Source: Vicinamibacteria bacterium (lineage in GTDB: Bacteria > Acidobacteriota > Vicinamibacteria > Fen-336). From it: a DNA stretch of 37,675 nucleotides. Both the position numbers and the translations under genes were made by a program. Below, piece after piece: positions 29,295-37,675 of this stretch; the first letter of the stretch is position 1; each line of letters starts with the position of its first letter. The notes below the pieces were generated by a model, which saw only the letters and a list, made by a program, of their open reading frames with translations, did no database searches and had not been told where the DNA came from. The DNA is taken from assembly GCA_035283305.1 (NCBI GenBank), contig DATEUE010000213.1:1-37675 (forward strand). The letters are read 5' to 3'.

Positions 29295-30768
29295 ACTGCC
29301 TCAGGATCTGCGTGTGGGCGGCGTCGGCCTTCGCGCGATCGAGCGCTTCGATGCCTCCGTCGCCTTCGAAGTCGATCGTGTGGAAGCGGACGGTGTTCGC
29401 GGCGAAGGCCTGCGAGACGTCCTCGAGCGAACGGATCTCGCGACCGTTGATGCGCTCGACGCCCACTGGCAGCGTGAGCGCCATCTGCGAGTTGACCGCG
29501 TGCCGCAGCAGCCGGGTCAGCACCACCACCTCGCGATCGGCCGCTTCGGGCTTCTCGGCCTCGCGGAACAGCTGGTGCCAGACGAGGTCGCGGTTGGCGG
29601 TCTGCGGCCAACCGCGCCCGAGCGTCTTCAAGAGCGCCACCTCGAGCCGCATGAAGACGAGGCCGGCGTACACCACATAGTCGGGCGCTACGGCGTAGCG
29701 GTTCCGGTTGCGATCGTAGCGCGCGATGCGGCGCGCGGGCGCCTCGAGCGCGAGCTCCCGGCCGTCGCGCCAGACGCTGAAGCGCGTCGCCTGCCCCACC
29801 TGCAGCATGTCGATCGCGTGCTCGAAGGTCACGCGCGCGTCGCCCACGCGGATCGTTCCGTCGTCGGCGATCGCGTGGCCCTGCGCCTTTAGCAGCACGT
29901 CGCCCGCGCGCACGACGCCGTCAGCCGTCCCGCCGGGCGCCACGCGGTCGACCACCACCCCCGAGCGCCCCAAAGGCAGGCGGCGCTCGCGCCTGTAGGC
30001 CGGTGACAGCAGCGGCGCCGTTTGCAGTCCCGAATCCGGGAAGCCGTCGTAGCGACCGTCCTCCAGGTTGGCGAGGAAGTGGCGCACGATCGGGACCGGG
30101 ATGAAGAAGCCCATGTTGTCGGCGCCCGGGAAGCCCTGGAACGCGACGCCGACGACGCGGCCGTCCTGCACCACCGGCCCGCCGCTGTTGCCCGGGTTGA
30201 TCGCGGCGTCCGTCTGGACCACGAGGTGCGCGTCCGCGCCGCTGTGCACGTAGCCGCGCGACTCGATGCGCGAGACGATGCCGGCGGTGGACGAGACGTC
30301 CTGCCCGCCGAGCGGGAAGCCGTACGTGTTGACGCGCGTCCCGGCGCGAGGCAGCGTGCCGAGCCGCAGCGGGCGCAGACCGCGACCGAAGGCCGGATCG
30401 GCGACGCGCAGCACCGCGAGGTCGCAGTCGTGGCCGGCAGCCTCGATGGTGGCGACGTAAGGGTTCGCCTGGTCGGGTCGCCGCACGAGGATCTGGCGAG
30501 CGTCTGCGATCACGTGGCCGTTCGTCAGGATGCGACCGCCCTCGATGAGAAAGCCGCTGCCGGAAGCGCCGCTCACCGGCTCCTGGCGCCACGGCTGCGC
30601 CCAGTCGAAGGGCGAGCGGAACACCTGCACGTGCACGACCGAGGCGGCGACCCCGTTGCCGGTGGCCGGCACCTGCGCGGCGGTCTGCCGTGCGTCCGGT
30701 GTCGTGTTCTGCGCGGCCGCGATGGCCGCGGCCGCAACGAGCGCGGCGGCGAGGGCGACGCTTTTCAT
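29266..30768 (-). CDS. S1C (Deg/HtrA-type) serine protease with PDZ-like C-terminal region
   Basis: Signal peptide MKSVALAAALVAAAAIAAA. Triad contexts TNGHV, DLAVLRV and GNSGGPV are all present. The ATG overlaps the hemY stop (ATGA). Confidence 0.85.
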   Translation of the reverse strand: MKSVALAAALVAAAAIAAAQNTTPDARQTAAQVPATGNGVAASVVHVQVFRSPFDWAQPWRQEPVSGASGSGFLIEGGRILTNGHVIADARQILVRRPDQANPYVATIEAAGHDCDLAVLRVADPAFGRGLRPLRLGTLPRAGTRVNTYGFPLGGQDVSSTAGIVSRIESRGYVHSGADAHLVVQTDAAINPGNSGGPVVQDGRVVGVAFQGFPGADNMGFFIPVPIVRHFLANLEDGRYDGFPDSGLQTAPLLSPAYRRERRLPLGRSGVVVDRVAPGGTADGVVRAGDVLLKAQGHAIADDGTIRVGDARVTFEHAIDMLQVGQATRFSVWRDGRELALEAPARRIARYDRNRNRYAVAPDYVVYAGLVFMRLEVALLKTLGRGWPQTANRDLVWHQLFREAEKPEAADREVVVLTRLLRHAVNSQMALTLPVGVERINGREIRSLEDVSQAFAANTVRFHTIDFEGDGGIEALDRAKADAAHTQILRQYAIPHDRRP

Positions 30769-32153
30769 CGCGACCCGGCGGCCGCCGCCTCGCCCGCGCG
30801 GGTGCCGTCGGCCACCGAGTCCGGGATGCCCGTGCTGCGCACGCCGGCCCCGGTCAGGAACAGCCCGGGCACGGCAGCGACCGCCTGCTCGACCTCGCGC
30901 ATCCGCTCCAGGTGCCCGACTTCGAGCTGGGGCGTGCCCCCGGGCCAGCGGAAGACCCGGCTCAGCACCGGCTGACCGCGCAGCCCCAGCACGTCCCGCA
31001 TGTCGTTCGTCACGGTCTCGATCATCTCATCGTCCCGCAGCGAAAGCGCGCCCGGGTCGCGCGCGCCGCCCAGGAAGCCGCGCAGCAGCACGTGGCCCTC
31101 GGGCGCGCGGAACGGGAACTTGGTCGACACGAAGCTGAGCGCCGTAGTGCGCAGGTTCTCCGTCGCGGGCACGACCATGCCGTAGCCGTCGAGCGGGTGT
31201 GAGACGTCGGCGCGTCTGTAGCCGAGCAGAACGGTGGCCGAGGAGACGAACGGGATGGCGCCGAGCGCGCGCGCGGCCTCGGGCACGAGGCCCTCTAGCG
31301 CCTTTGCGATGCGCGGCCCCGGCGCCGCCACGATCACGCGACGGGCCGACACCGGATCGCCCCCGTCGATCGCGAGCGAGAAGCCCTCGGCCGTGGCCTC
31401 GACGCGGTGCACGCTCACGGCCGTCCGCAAAGCACCCGCGTCGAGCCGTGCGACGAGCGCCTCGACCAGCTCGACGAGCCCGCCGCGCAGCGAGTAGAAC
31501 GCCGCGGGAGGCTTGGCGCCAGGCTCGGGCTTCGGGCGAGGCGCCGCCCACAGTCCCCGCACCAGGCTGCCGTGCACGCGCTCGAGCTCTCGGAAGCGGG
31601 GAAACGTGGCGAGGATCGAGAGCCGCTCGGGGTCGCCCGCGTGGATCCCGGCGAGCAGCGGCTCGCCCAGGCGGTCGACGGCTTCCTGTCCGAAGCGACG
31701 CCGCAGGAACGACGCGATCGACTCGTCGCCGTGGCCGTTCTTCCCGGGGATCACGATGTCGAGCCCCATGCGCAGCTTGCCCGGCCAGGAGAAAAGGCTG
31801 CTCGCGAGGAAGGGCAGGATCTTCGTCGGCACCGCGAGCATCATCCCCTCGGGCAGCGGGTGGAGCTTGCGGCGCAGGAGGACGAAGACCGCGCGCTTGT
31901 CGGGGTTGGTCGGGACGAGGCGCTCGCCGAGTCCGAGCTCGCGGCAGAGCGCGATCGCCTCGGGCTTCTGCGCCAGCATCGAGTCGGGGCCGCCCTCGAG
32001 CAGGAAGCCGTCCCGGGCCTCGGTGCGGATCACTCCCCCGAGCCGCTCGCCCGCCTCGAGCACGAGGTAGGGCACCTTCTGCTTGTGGAGAGCGAGCGCG
32101 GCGGACAGGCCCGAGATGCCGCCGCCGATGATGGCGACCGTCGTCTTCGTCAC
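30765..32153 (-). CDS. hemY: protoporphyrinogen/coproporphyrinogen oxidase (HemY-type, FAD-dependent)
   Basis: N-terminal FAD fingerprint VAIIGGGISGLSAALAL, then LEAGERLGGVIRT and C-terminal GLFLTGAGVRSTGIPDSV. 462 aa. Confidence 0.85.
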   Translation of the reverse strand: MTKTTVAIIGGGISGLSAALALHKQKVPYLVLEAGERLGGVIRTEARDGFLLEGGPDSMLAQKPEAIALCRELGLGERLVPTNPDKRAVFVLLRRKLHPLPEGMMLAVPTKILPFLASSLFSWPGKLRMGLDIVIPGKNGHGDESIASFLRRRFGQEAVDRLGEPLLAGIHAGDPERLSILATFPRFRELERVHGSLVRGLWAAPRPKPEPGAKPPAAFYSLRGGLVELVEALVARLDAGALRTAVSVHRVEATAEGFSLAIDGGDPVSARRVIVAAPGPRIAKALEGLVPEAARALGAIPFVSSATVLLGYRRADVSHPLDGYGMVVPATENLRTTALSFVSTKFPFRAPEGHVLLRGFLGGARDPGALSLRDDEMIETVTNDMRDVLGLRGQPVLSRVFRWPGGTPQLEVGHLERMREVEQAVAAVPGLFLTGAGVRSTGIPDSVADGTRAGEAAAAGSR

Positions 32154-32208
32154 GAATTCTCATCATAACCCGCATAGAATGAGGGTTAGTTTCCCCAGTC
32201 TCCCGCAG

Positions 32209-33453
32209 ATGGCAGAGCCTTCGAGAGGCGGCGCGCGCGAAGTGGTCGTGACCGGCACGGGCGTCGCGTGCGTGATGGGCGACGACTGGCCGGCGATCGA
32301 GACGGCGCTCCGCGAAGGGCGCCCGACGTCCTTCCTGCGCTGGCCGCCGGCCATCGAGCACGGGATGCAGTGCCAGCTGATCGGGCTTTATCCCGGCGAG
32401 CTCAGCCCCGATCGGCTGGGCATCGACAAGTCCCAGGCGCGCTTCATGAGCCGGGTCGCGCTGCTGGCGCTGCGCGCGGCACGCCTCGCGGTGGCCCAGG
32501 CCGGGATCGCCACGCGCGACGCGGCCGTGGTCGTGGGCAGCGGCACGGGCGACGTCGAGACGCACCGCGAGATCGCGGCACGCCTGGCGCGAACGCAAGG
32601 GTCACGCCGCGTGGCGCCGACCGTCATCCCGCGGCTGATGGCCTCGACCGTGTCCGCGAACCTCGCGACGGTGCTCGAGTCGACCGGGCCCTCGTTCAGC
32701 GCCACCGCGGCCTGCGCGGGCGGCGCCTACAACCTGCTGCTCGCGTCCCTGCTCGTCGAGAACGGGCACGTCGACGTGGCGATCGCCGGCGGCGCCGACG
32801 TCGCCGACATCCACTTCCACGCGGGCTTCGACGCGATGCGCGCCTACACCACGGTCGACAACGACCGGCCCGAGCGCGCGTCACGACCCTACGCGGCTGA
32901 CCGCGCCGGCTTCGTGTTCTCGGAGGGCGCGGGCGTCGTGGTGCTCGAGACGCGCCAGCATGCCGCGGCGCGCGGCGCCGCCATCCTGGGCGTGCTCCTC
33001 GGGTACGGGATGTCGTCGGACGGAACGGGCAACATGGTGGCGCCGTCGCCCGAAGGGGCCGAGCTCGCGATGCGGCGCGCCCTCCACCACGCCGGGGTGG
33101 CGCCGGACGCCCTCGACTACGTCAACACGCACGCGACCTCGACGCCGCTCGGCGACTTATCGGAGGTGCGGGCGCTGCGGAAGGTGCTCGGCGGACGCCA
33201 CGTCGCCTACTCGTCGACGAAGGGCTACACCGGCCATCCGGTGTCCGCCGCCGGCGCAATCGAGGCGATCTTCACGCTGGCCATGCTCCGCGGCGGTTGG
33301 ATCGCACCCTGTCCGAACGCCGAACCGCTCGACCCCGAGCTTCTCGACTACCCGCCGGTCGTGCGGCCCGAGTCGCGACCGCTGCGCACGGCGCTCAGCA
33401 ACTCGTTCGGCTTCGGCGGCACGAACGCGGCGCTCGTACTCGGGCGCCCCTGA
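32209..33453 (+). CDS. beta-ketoacyl-ACP synthase family protein (KAS I/II type, Cys-His-His)
   Basis: EVVVTGTGV, active-site Cys in ATAACAGGAYNL, His in NTHATSTPLGD and GHPVSAAGAIE, and the C-terminus NSFGFGGTNAALVL. Start is ATG 32209 (MAEPSRGG...) or in-frame ATG 32179. Confidence 0.85.
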   Translation: MAEPSRGGAREVVVTGTGVACVMGDDWPAIETALREGRPTSFLRWPPAIEHGMQCQLIGLYPGELSPDRLGIDKSQARFMSRVALLALRAARLAVAQAGIATRDAAVVVGSGTGDVETHREIAARLARTQGSRRVAPTVIPRLMASTVSANLATVLESTGPSFSATAACAGGAYNLLLASLLVENGHVDVAIAGGADVADIHFHAGFDAMRAYTTVDNDRPERASRPYAADRAGFVFSEGAGVVVLETRQHAAARGAAILGVLLGYGMSSDGTGNMVAPSPEGAELAMRRALHHAGVAPDALDYVNTHATSTPLGDLSEVRALRKVLGGRHVAYSSTKGYTGHPVSAAGAIEAIFTLAMLRGGWIAPCPNAEPLDPELLDYPPVVRPESRPLRTALSNSFGFGGTNAALVLGRP

Positions 33454-33499
33454 GCTCGCTTCTCCCCGACCGTTGACAGGCGGACACGGGCGCTGTCAG

Positions 33500-33705
33500 A
33501 CTGCGCTCGTAACGTCAGGGTGCCTCCCGTTTCGGGAGGGTAAAAGGGAAGCAGGTCGAAAACCTGCGCGGTCCCGCCACTGTAGCCGGCGAGCCCGCTT
33601 CCATAGGCGCCTGTAGGGCGCCGCCACTCGGTGACCTCGCAAGAGGAGGCCGGGGAAGGTCGGGAGCGAGGTGACGACCCGGGAGCCAGGAAACCTGCCC
33701 TGACC
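33500..33705 (+). promoter_or_regulatory. cobalamin (B12) riboswitch
   Basis: GGGUGCC..., the conserved core UAAAAGGGAAGCAGGUCGAAAACCUGCGCGGUCCCGCCACUGUA, then GCCACUCGG...GGGGAAGGUCGG, and the B12 box GAGCCAGGAAACCUGCC (33685-33699). It lies upstream of a TonB-dependent receptor / BtuF-like operon. Boundaries are approximate. Confidence 0.85.
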
Positions 33706-33837
33706 GACGTGAAAGACGTACTAGAGGCTTCTCGCGTGAGGGAGCACCTGGACCGGCGGCCTGAAACAGGCCACCTCCCAACAGACGGCTCGCCGCGAAT
33801 CGTCCACCGTGAGGCTCGAGGGCCTTCGGCGGACAGG

Positions 33838-33851
33838 CCTCCGCAAGGAGG
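33838..33851 (+). promoter_or_regulatory. putative SD-sequestering hairpin of the riboswitch expression platform
   Basis: CCUCC GCAA GGAGG: a 5-bp stem with a GNRA loop. The 3' arm is the ribosome-binding site (AAGGAGG) 4 nt upstream of the receptor ATG at 33856. Confidence 0.4.
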
Positions 33852-33855
33852 AACC

Positions 33856-36078
33856 ATGCGCACCGTGCTTCGTCTCTTCTTTTGTCTCTGCGGCTCGTGG
33901 GCGGCGGTCGCGGCCGCCGAGCCAATGGCCCTCTCGGGGTCGCTCGTGGGTGTCGTGCGCACGAGCGACGGCCTGCCGCTGCCTGGCGTGGCCGTCGTCA
34001 TCGACGGGCCGTCGAGCGAGCGTCGCGTGACGACGGGCCCCGACGGCTCGTATCGAGCGGCGGCGCTCGCGCAAGGCGCCTACACGCTTCGCGTCGACGC
34101 ACCCGGGCTCGCGCTGCGCGAGGCGGCTTTCGCATCGGTCGGGGCCGCGGAAACGCGGCAGGACCTCGTGCTGTCGCCCGCGCCGGTCGCGGAGCGCGTC
34201 GTGGTGAGCGCCACGCGCCGCGAGGCCACGCTGTCGACGCTCGGCACGAGCGCGGACGTGCTCGAGCGCGAGGCGATCGACGAGCGTGCGGCAGCGTCGC
34301 TTTTGCCGCTGCTGCAGGGTGTGCCGGGCGTCGCGACCGCCCGCAGCGGCCAGACGGGCCAGCAGGGCTCCGCGTTCATCCGCGGCGGCGAGTCGCGCTA
34401 CGCGCGGGTGATGGTCGACGGCGTGCCGGTGAACCAGCCGGGCGGCGCCTACGACTTCGGCACGGCGCTGCCCTTCGAGCTCGAGCGGGTCGAGATCGTG
34501 CGCGGCGCCGCCAGCAGCCTCTACGGGACCGACGCGCTCGCCGGTGTCGTGAGCCTCACGACCCGCCGCGCGCGCGCCGGCGCGAGCCCGTCATTGCGCG
34601 CCGAGGGCGAGGGCGGCTCCTTCGACTGGCAGCGCTTCCTGGGCGCGACCTCGGGGGCGAGCGGAGCCTTCGACTGGAACGCCGGTGCGCAGCGCCTCAC
34701 CACGGACAACGAGGCGCCGAACAGCGCGTTCGAGCAGACCGCGGCGGCGCTCTCCGCGGGGCTCAAGCTCGACGAGCGCACGCGGGCCCGCGCCGTCGTG
34801 CGCTTCGACGGCAGTACCGTCGGGACGCCGGGGCCGACCGCCTTCGGCCCGCCCGATCAGGACGCGTCCTTCGAGCGCGAGGACCTCGTGCTCTCGGCCA
34901 CGCTGCGCCGCGACCACGCCCGCTTCTCGCAGCAGGCGAGCGTCGGCTACTCGCGCACCGACCAGCTCTCGCTCGACCCCGCCGACTCCGGGTGCTACGT
35001 GCCCGAGTGGCAGGACCAGCTGGGCAGCTTCCCGATGTGCGACTTCCCGAACCCGGCCGGATTCCGGAACCAGACGGATCGGCTCGCCGTCGGGTACCAG
35101 GCGGACGTGTCCGTCGGGACGCGGCACATGCTGACCGCCGGGACGGAGCTCGAGCACGAGACGGGCGCGCTCGGCGACCGATCGGAAGACCTGCTGCGGC
35201 CGGAGCGCACGAGCTTCGGGGCGTACCTGCAGGACCGCGTGCTGCTGGGCGCGCGCGCGTACCTGACGCTCGGCGCCCGCGTCGAAGACAACGGCAGCTA
35301 CGGCACGCACGTCGTCCCCCGCATAGCGCTCGCCTTGCGCCTGCGCGAGGGCGAGGACGCGACGACGCTGCGGACGAGCGCCGGCATGGGGATCAAGGAG
35401 CCGAGCTTCTTCGAGTCGTACGGGGAGTCGTTCTTCGCGAAGGGCAACCCCGAGCTCGACCCCGAGCGCAGCACCACCTTCGACGTGGGTGTCGAGCAGC
35501 GGCTCTTCGCGAGCCGGCTGCGCGCCTCGCTCACGTACTTCCACCACGACTACCAGGACCAGATCGCCTACAGCGTCGTCGACTTCACGAGCTTCGAGGG
35601 CACCTACGTGAACCTCGCCCACACCCGGGCGCAGGGGCTCGAGTTGGCGCTCGAGGCGCGGCCCGTGCCCGAGCTCGCGCTCTGCGGCCAGTACACGTTC
35701 CTCGACGGCGAGATCCTCGAGAGCCCGAGCGACTTCGATCCCGTCTACGCGGTCGGGCAGCCGCTGCTGCGCCGGCCGAGGCACCAGGGCTCGCTCGGCG
35801 CCCTGCTGTCGTTCCCGCGCTGGAGTGCCGGGGTCACGCTGGCGCTCGTCGGTGAGCGGGCGGACAGCGATTTCGTGGGTCTCGGCCTCGCGACCAACCC
35901 CGGATACGCGCGGCTCGAGGCCCGCCTGCGCTTCCTGCTGGCGGGACCGCTCGAGGCGTACCTGGTCGGCGACAACCTGCTGAACGCGGAATACCAGGAA
36001 GCGCTCGGCTATCCCGCGCTCGGCCGCGCCGTGCGCGGCGGCCTGCGGCTGCGCCTGGGCGGCGGCGGGCGCCCGTGA
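33856..36078 (+). CDS. TonB-dependent outer-membrane receptor with N-terminal carboxypeptidase-regulatory-like domain (probable corrinoid receptor)
   Basis: Signal peptide MRTVLRLFFCLCGSWAAVAAA. CarbopepD_reg-like segment (GVVRTSDGLPLPGVAVVIDG...GSYRAAALAQGAYTLRV). Plug motifs (VVVSATRRE, AFIRGGESRYARVMVDGVPVN, VEIVRGAASSLYGTDALAGVV). A long beta-barrel follows. The 75-codon upstream extension in the track lies over the riboswitch. Confidence 0.85.
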   Translation: MRTVLRLFFCLCGSWAAVAAAEPMALSGSLVGVVRTSDGLPLPGVAVVIDGPSSERRVTTGPDGSYRAAALAQGAYTLRVDAPGLALREAAFASVGAAETRQDLVLSPAPVAERVVVSATRREATLSTLGTSADVLEREAIDERAAASLLPLLQGVPGVATARSGQTGQQGSAFIRGGESRYARVMVDGVPVNQPGGAYDFGTALPFELERVEIVRGAASSLYGTDALAGVVSLTTRRARAGASPSLRAEGEGGSFDWQRFLGATSGASGAFDWNAGAQRLTTDNEAPNSAFEQTAAALSAGLKLDERTRARAVVRFDGSTVGTPGPTAFGPPDQDASFEREDLVLSATLRRDHARFSQQASVGYSRTDQLSLDPADSGCYVPEWQDQLGSFPMCDFPNPAGFRNQTDRLAVGYQADVSVGTRHMLTAGTELEHETGALGDRSEDLLRPERTSFGAYLQDRVLLGARAYLTLGARVEDNGSYGTHVVPRIALALRLREGEDATTLRTSAGMGIKEPSFFESYGESFFAKGNPELDPERSTTFDVGVEQRLFASRLRASLTYFHHDYQDQIAYSVVDFTSFEGTYVNLAHTRAQGLELALEARPVPELALCGQYTFLDGEILESPSDFDPVYAVGQPLLRRPRHQGSLGALLSFPRWSAGVTLALVGERADSDFVGLGLATNPGYARLEARLRFLLAGPLEAYLVGDNLLNAEYQEALGYPALGRAVRGGLRLRLGGGGRP

Positions 36079-36764
36079 CCAGCGAGCGGGTCCTCGTCGC
36101 CTGGAGCAGCGGGAAGGACAGCGCCTTCGCCCTCCACGTCCTGCGCGCGCAGGGTGTTGCGGTCGCTGGCCTGCTCACCACGATCAACGCGGCTTTCGAC
36201 CGGGTGGCGATGCACGCCGTCCGCGTCGCGCTGCTGCGCGCCCAGGCCGAGGCGGTCGGCCTGCCGCTCTTCGAGGTGGGCATCCCCTCACCGTGCCCGA
36301 ACGAGGCCTACGAGGCCGCCATGGCGGGGGCGCTCGCGAGCGCGCGCGAGCGCGGGATCACGGCCGTGGCCTTCGGCGATCTTTTCCTCGAGGACGTGCG
36401 GCGCTACCGCGAGGAGCGCATGGCGGGCACGGGGCTGCGGCCGCTGTTCCCGCTCTGGGGCCGGCCGACGCGCCAGCTGGCCGAGGAGATGATCGCGCTC
36501 GGTCAGCGGGCCGTGCTCACGTGCGTCGACCCGCGCGCTCTGGCGCGCGACTTCGCCGGGCGCGCCTTCGACGCCGCGCTGCTGCGCGACCTGCCTGATA
36601 GCGTCGACCCGTGCGGCGAGAACGGCGAGTTCCACAGCTTCGCCTGGGACGGCCCTGCGTTTTGCCGTCCCGTCCCGGTGCGTGCCGGCGAGGTCGTGGA
36701 GCGCGACGGCTTCGTGTTCGCCGACCTGGTTCCCGAGACGGACGGCGCAAGGCAGTGCGCGTGA
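36075..36764 (+). CDS. DUF71 / Dph6-related PP-loop ATP pyrophosphatase (ATP_bind_4 family)
   Basis: PP-loop variant VAWSSGKDSAFAL, FGDLFLEDVRRYRE, and C-terminal DPCGENGEFHSF. The GTG start overlaps the receptor stop (GTGA). Confidence 0.7.
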   Translation: MTSERVLVAWSSGKDSAFALHVLRAQGVAVAGLLTTINAAFDRVAMHAVRVALLRAQAEAVGLPLFEVGIPSPCPNEAYEAAMAGALASARERGITAVAFGDLFLEDVRRYREERMAGTGLRPLFPLWGRPTRQLAEEMIALGQRAVLTCVDPRALARDFAGRAFDAALLRDLPDSVDPCGENGEFHSFAWDGPAFCRPVPVRAGEVVERDGFVFADLVPETDGARQCA

Positions 36765-37630
36765 GGCGGCGTGCGGTCTTCGGCTTCGTCCTGCTCGCCG
36801 CAGCAGCTCTACCCCCCGGCGCGCGGGCCGCGACTCCGAAGCCGCAGCGCGTCGCCTCGATCAACCTCTCCGCGGACGAGGTGCTGGTCGCGATCCTGCC
36901 GAGTGAGCGCCTCGTTGCGGTCACGCGTTGGGCGGACGTGCCCGGCACGTCGAACGTCGTGGGTCGGGTGCCGCCCGCCGTGCACCGCTTCGCCAAGGCG
37001 GACCTGGAGCAGCTCGTCGCGCTCCGCCCCGATCTCGTAGCGGTCTCGGAGTACACGGACGCCGATTTCATGAAGCAGCTCGAGCGCTCGGGCTTGCGCG
37101 TCCATCGCATGCTGGGCCTCGGTACGCTCGCGGGTGTGCGGGGCGCGATCCTCGACCTCGGCCGCGCCGTCGCAGAAGAGGATGCCGCCGGGCGCCTCGT
37201 CGCCGAGTACGACGGCAAGCTCGCCGAGCTCGCTCGCCGCCTCGCCGGCGCCACGAAGCCGCGCGTCCTCTACTGGTCCGGCAACATGACCGCGGGCAGA
37301 GGCACGGCGATCGGCGCGCTGATCGAGGCCGCGGGTGCCATCAACGTGGGGCGCGAGATGGGCATCGCCGGGATCGCGCCACCGGGGTCCGAGCGCGCGT
37401 TCGTGACGAACCCCGACGCCGTGCTGGTCGGCACCTGGCCGGGATCGAAGGACGCGCTCATCTCCCACCCGCTCTTCTCGCAGTGGAAGGCCGTTCGCGA
37501 AGGCCGAATCGTGGCGATGCGCACGGAGCTGCTCGTGGCACTCTCCCAGTTCACGGCCGACGCCGCGTGGGAGCTCGCGCACCTGCTCCATCCCGATCAG
37601 ATCCCGGCCTCACCCGGCGCGCGACCGTGA
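36761..37630 (+). CDS. periplasmic ABC substrate-binding protein, BtuF/FecB (iron-siderophore/cobalamin) family
   Basis: The GTG at 36761 overlaps the upstream stop (GTGA). Signal peptide VRRRAVFGFVLLAAAALPPGARA. Then RVASINLSADEVLVAI, LRPDLVAVSEY and NPDAVLVG, typical of the class III binding-protein fold. Confidence 0.8.
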   Translation: MRRRAVFGFVLLAAAALPPGARAATPKPQRVASINLSADEVLVAILPSERLVAVTRWADVPGTSNVVGRVPPAVHRFAKADLEQLVALRPDLVAVSEYTDADFMKQLERSGLRVHRMLGLGTLAGVRGAILDLGRAVAEEDAAGRLVAEYDGKLAELARRLAGATKPRVLYWSGNMTAGRGTAIGALIEAAGAINVGREMGIAGIAPPGSERAFVTNPDAVLVGTWPGSKDALISHPLFSQWKAVREGRIVAMRTELLVALSQFTADAAWELAHLLHPDQIPASPGARP

Positions 37631-37675
37631 CCCGCCCGCCCTCGCGATTCGTGATCCCGGCGCTGGCCGGCGCGC
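37627..37675 (+). CDS. start of next operon gene (probably FecCD/BtuC-type permease), truncated by window end
   Basis: The GTG at 37627 overlaps the binding-protein stop (GTGA) and gives VTRPPSRFVIPALAGA.... Only 16 codons are visible, so the call rests on position alone. Confidence 0.3.
   Translation, partial: MTRPPSRFVIPALAGA

Noticed and set aside
31027-32598. Track ORFs 31027..32598(-) 523 aa, 31199..32131(+) and 31407..32168(+)
   Set aside because: They are Arg-rich shadows over hemY and the start of the KAS gene.
33473-33478. TTGACA as the -35 box of the riboswitch operon promoter
   Set aside because: It is a perfect -35 hexamer, but no convincing -10 (TAnnnT) follows at 16-19 nt, so it is not reported as a feature.
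33631-33855. 75-codon N-terminal extension of the TonB-dependent receptor ORF (track 33631..36078)
   Set aside because: It lies over the cobalamin riboswitch. The ATG at 33856 has an AAGGAGG SD and yields a proper signal peptide.

Overview
High-GC (about 70%) chromosomal window from a Gram-negative bacterium. The gene content looks Myxococcota- or Acidobacteriota-like, but that is only a guess. Most long ORFs in the supplied track are Arg/Ala/Gly-rich out-of-frame shadows. I chose real genes by motif content, G/C at codon position 3 and start/stop coupling. Every real gene from 22778 down to 1 is on the minus strand, with very tight junctions: (a) a membrane Ser/Thr kinase whose stop overlaps the start of a B12-binding radical SAM enzyme; (b) a Shine-Dalgarno-coupled 41-codon lysine-rich micro-ORF that is absent from the track; (c) a D-2-hydroxyacid dehydrogenase; (d) four tandem paralogous 739-748-aa kinase/TPR genes; (e) a MaoC dehydratase and an EamA transporter; (f) a porin interrupted by an in-frame TGA; (g) the System I cytochrome c maturation operon ccmABCDEF. 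ccmD and ccmF are also absent from the track. The right half holds argA, a DUF2911 protein, a short BNR/Ycf48-like protein, a Uma2 endonuclease, a DUF962 protein and an aminotransferase. It then holds a hemY / active Deg protease / catalytically dead Deg paralog operon and an orphan KAS. It ends with a cobalamin riboswitch driving a TonB-dependent receptor, a DUF71 PP-loop ATPase, a BtuF-like binding protein and a permease start. The best candidate for an undescribed system is the kinase / B12-rSAM / Lys-rich peptide module and its co-directional kinase array (7060-22778). No tRNA, rRNA, CRISPR array or transposase was seen.
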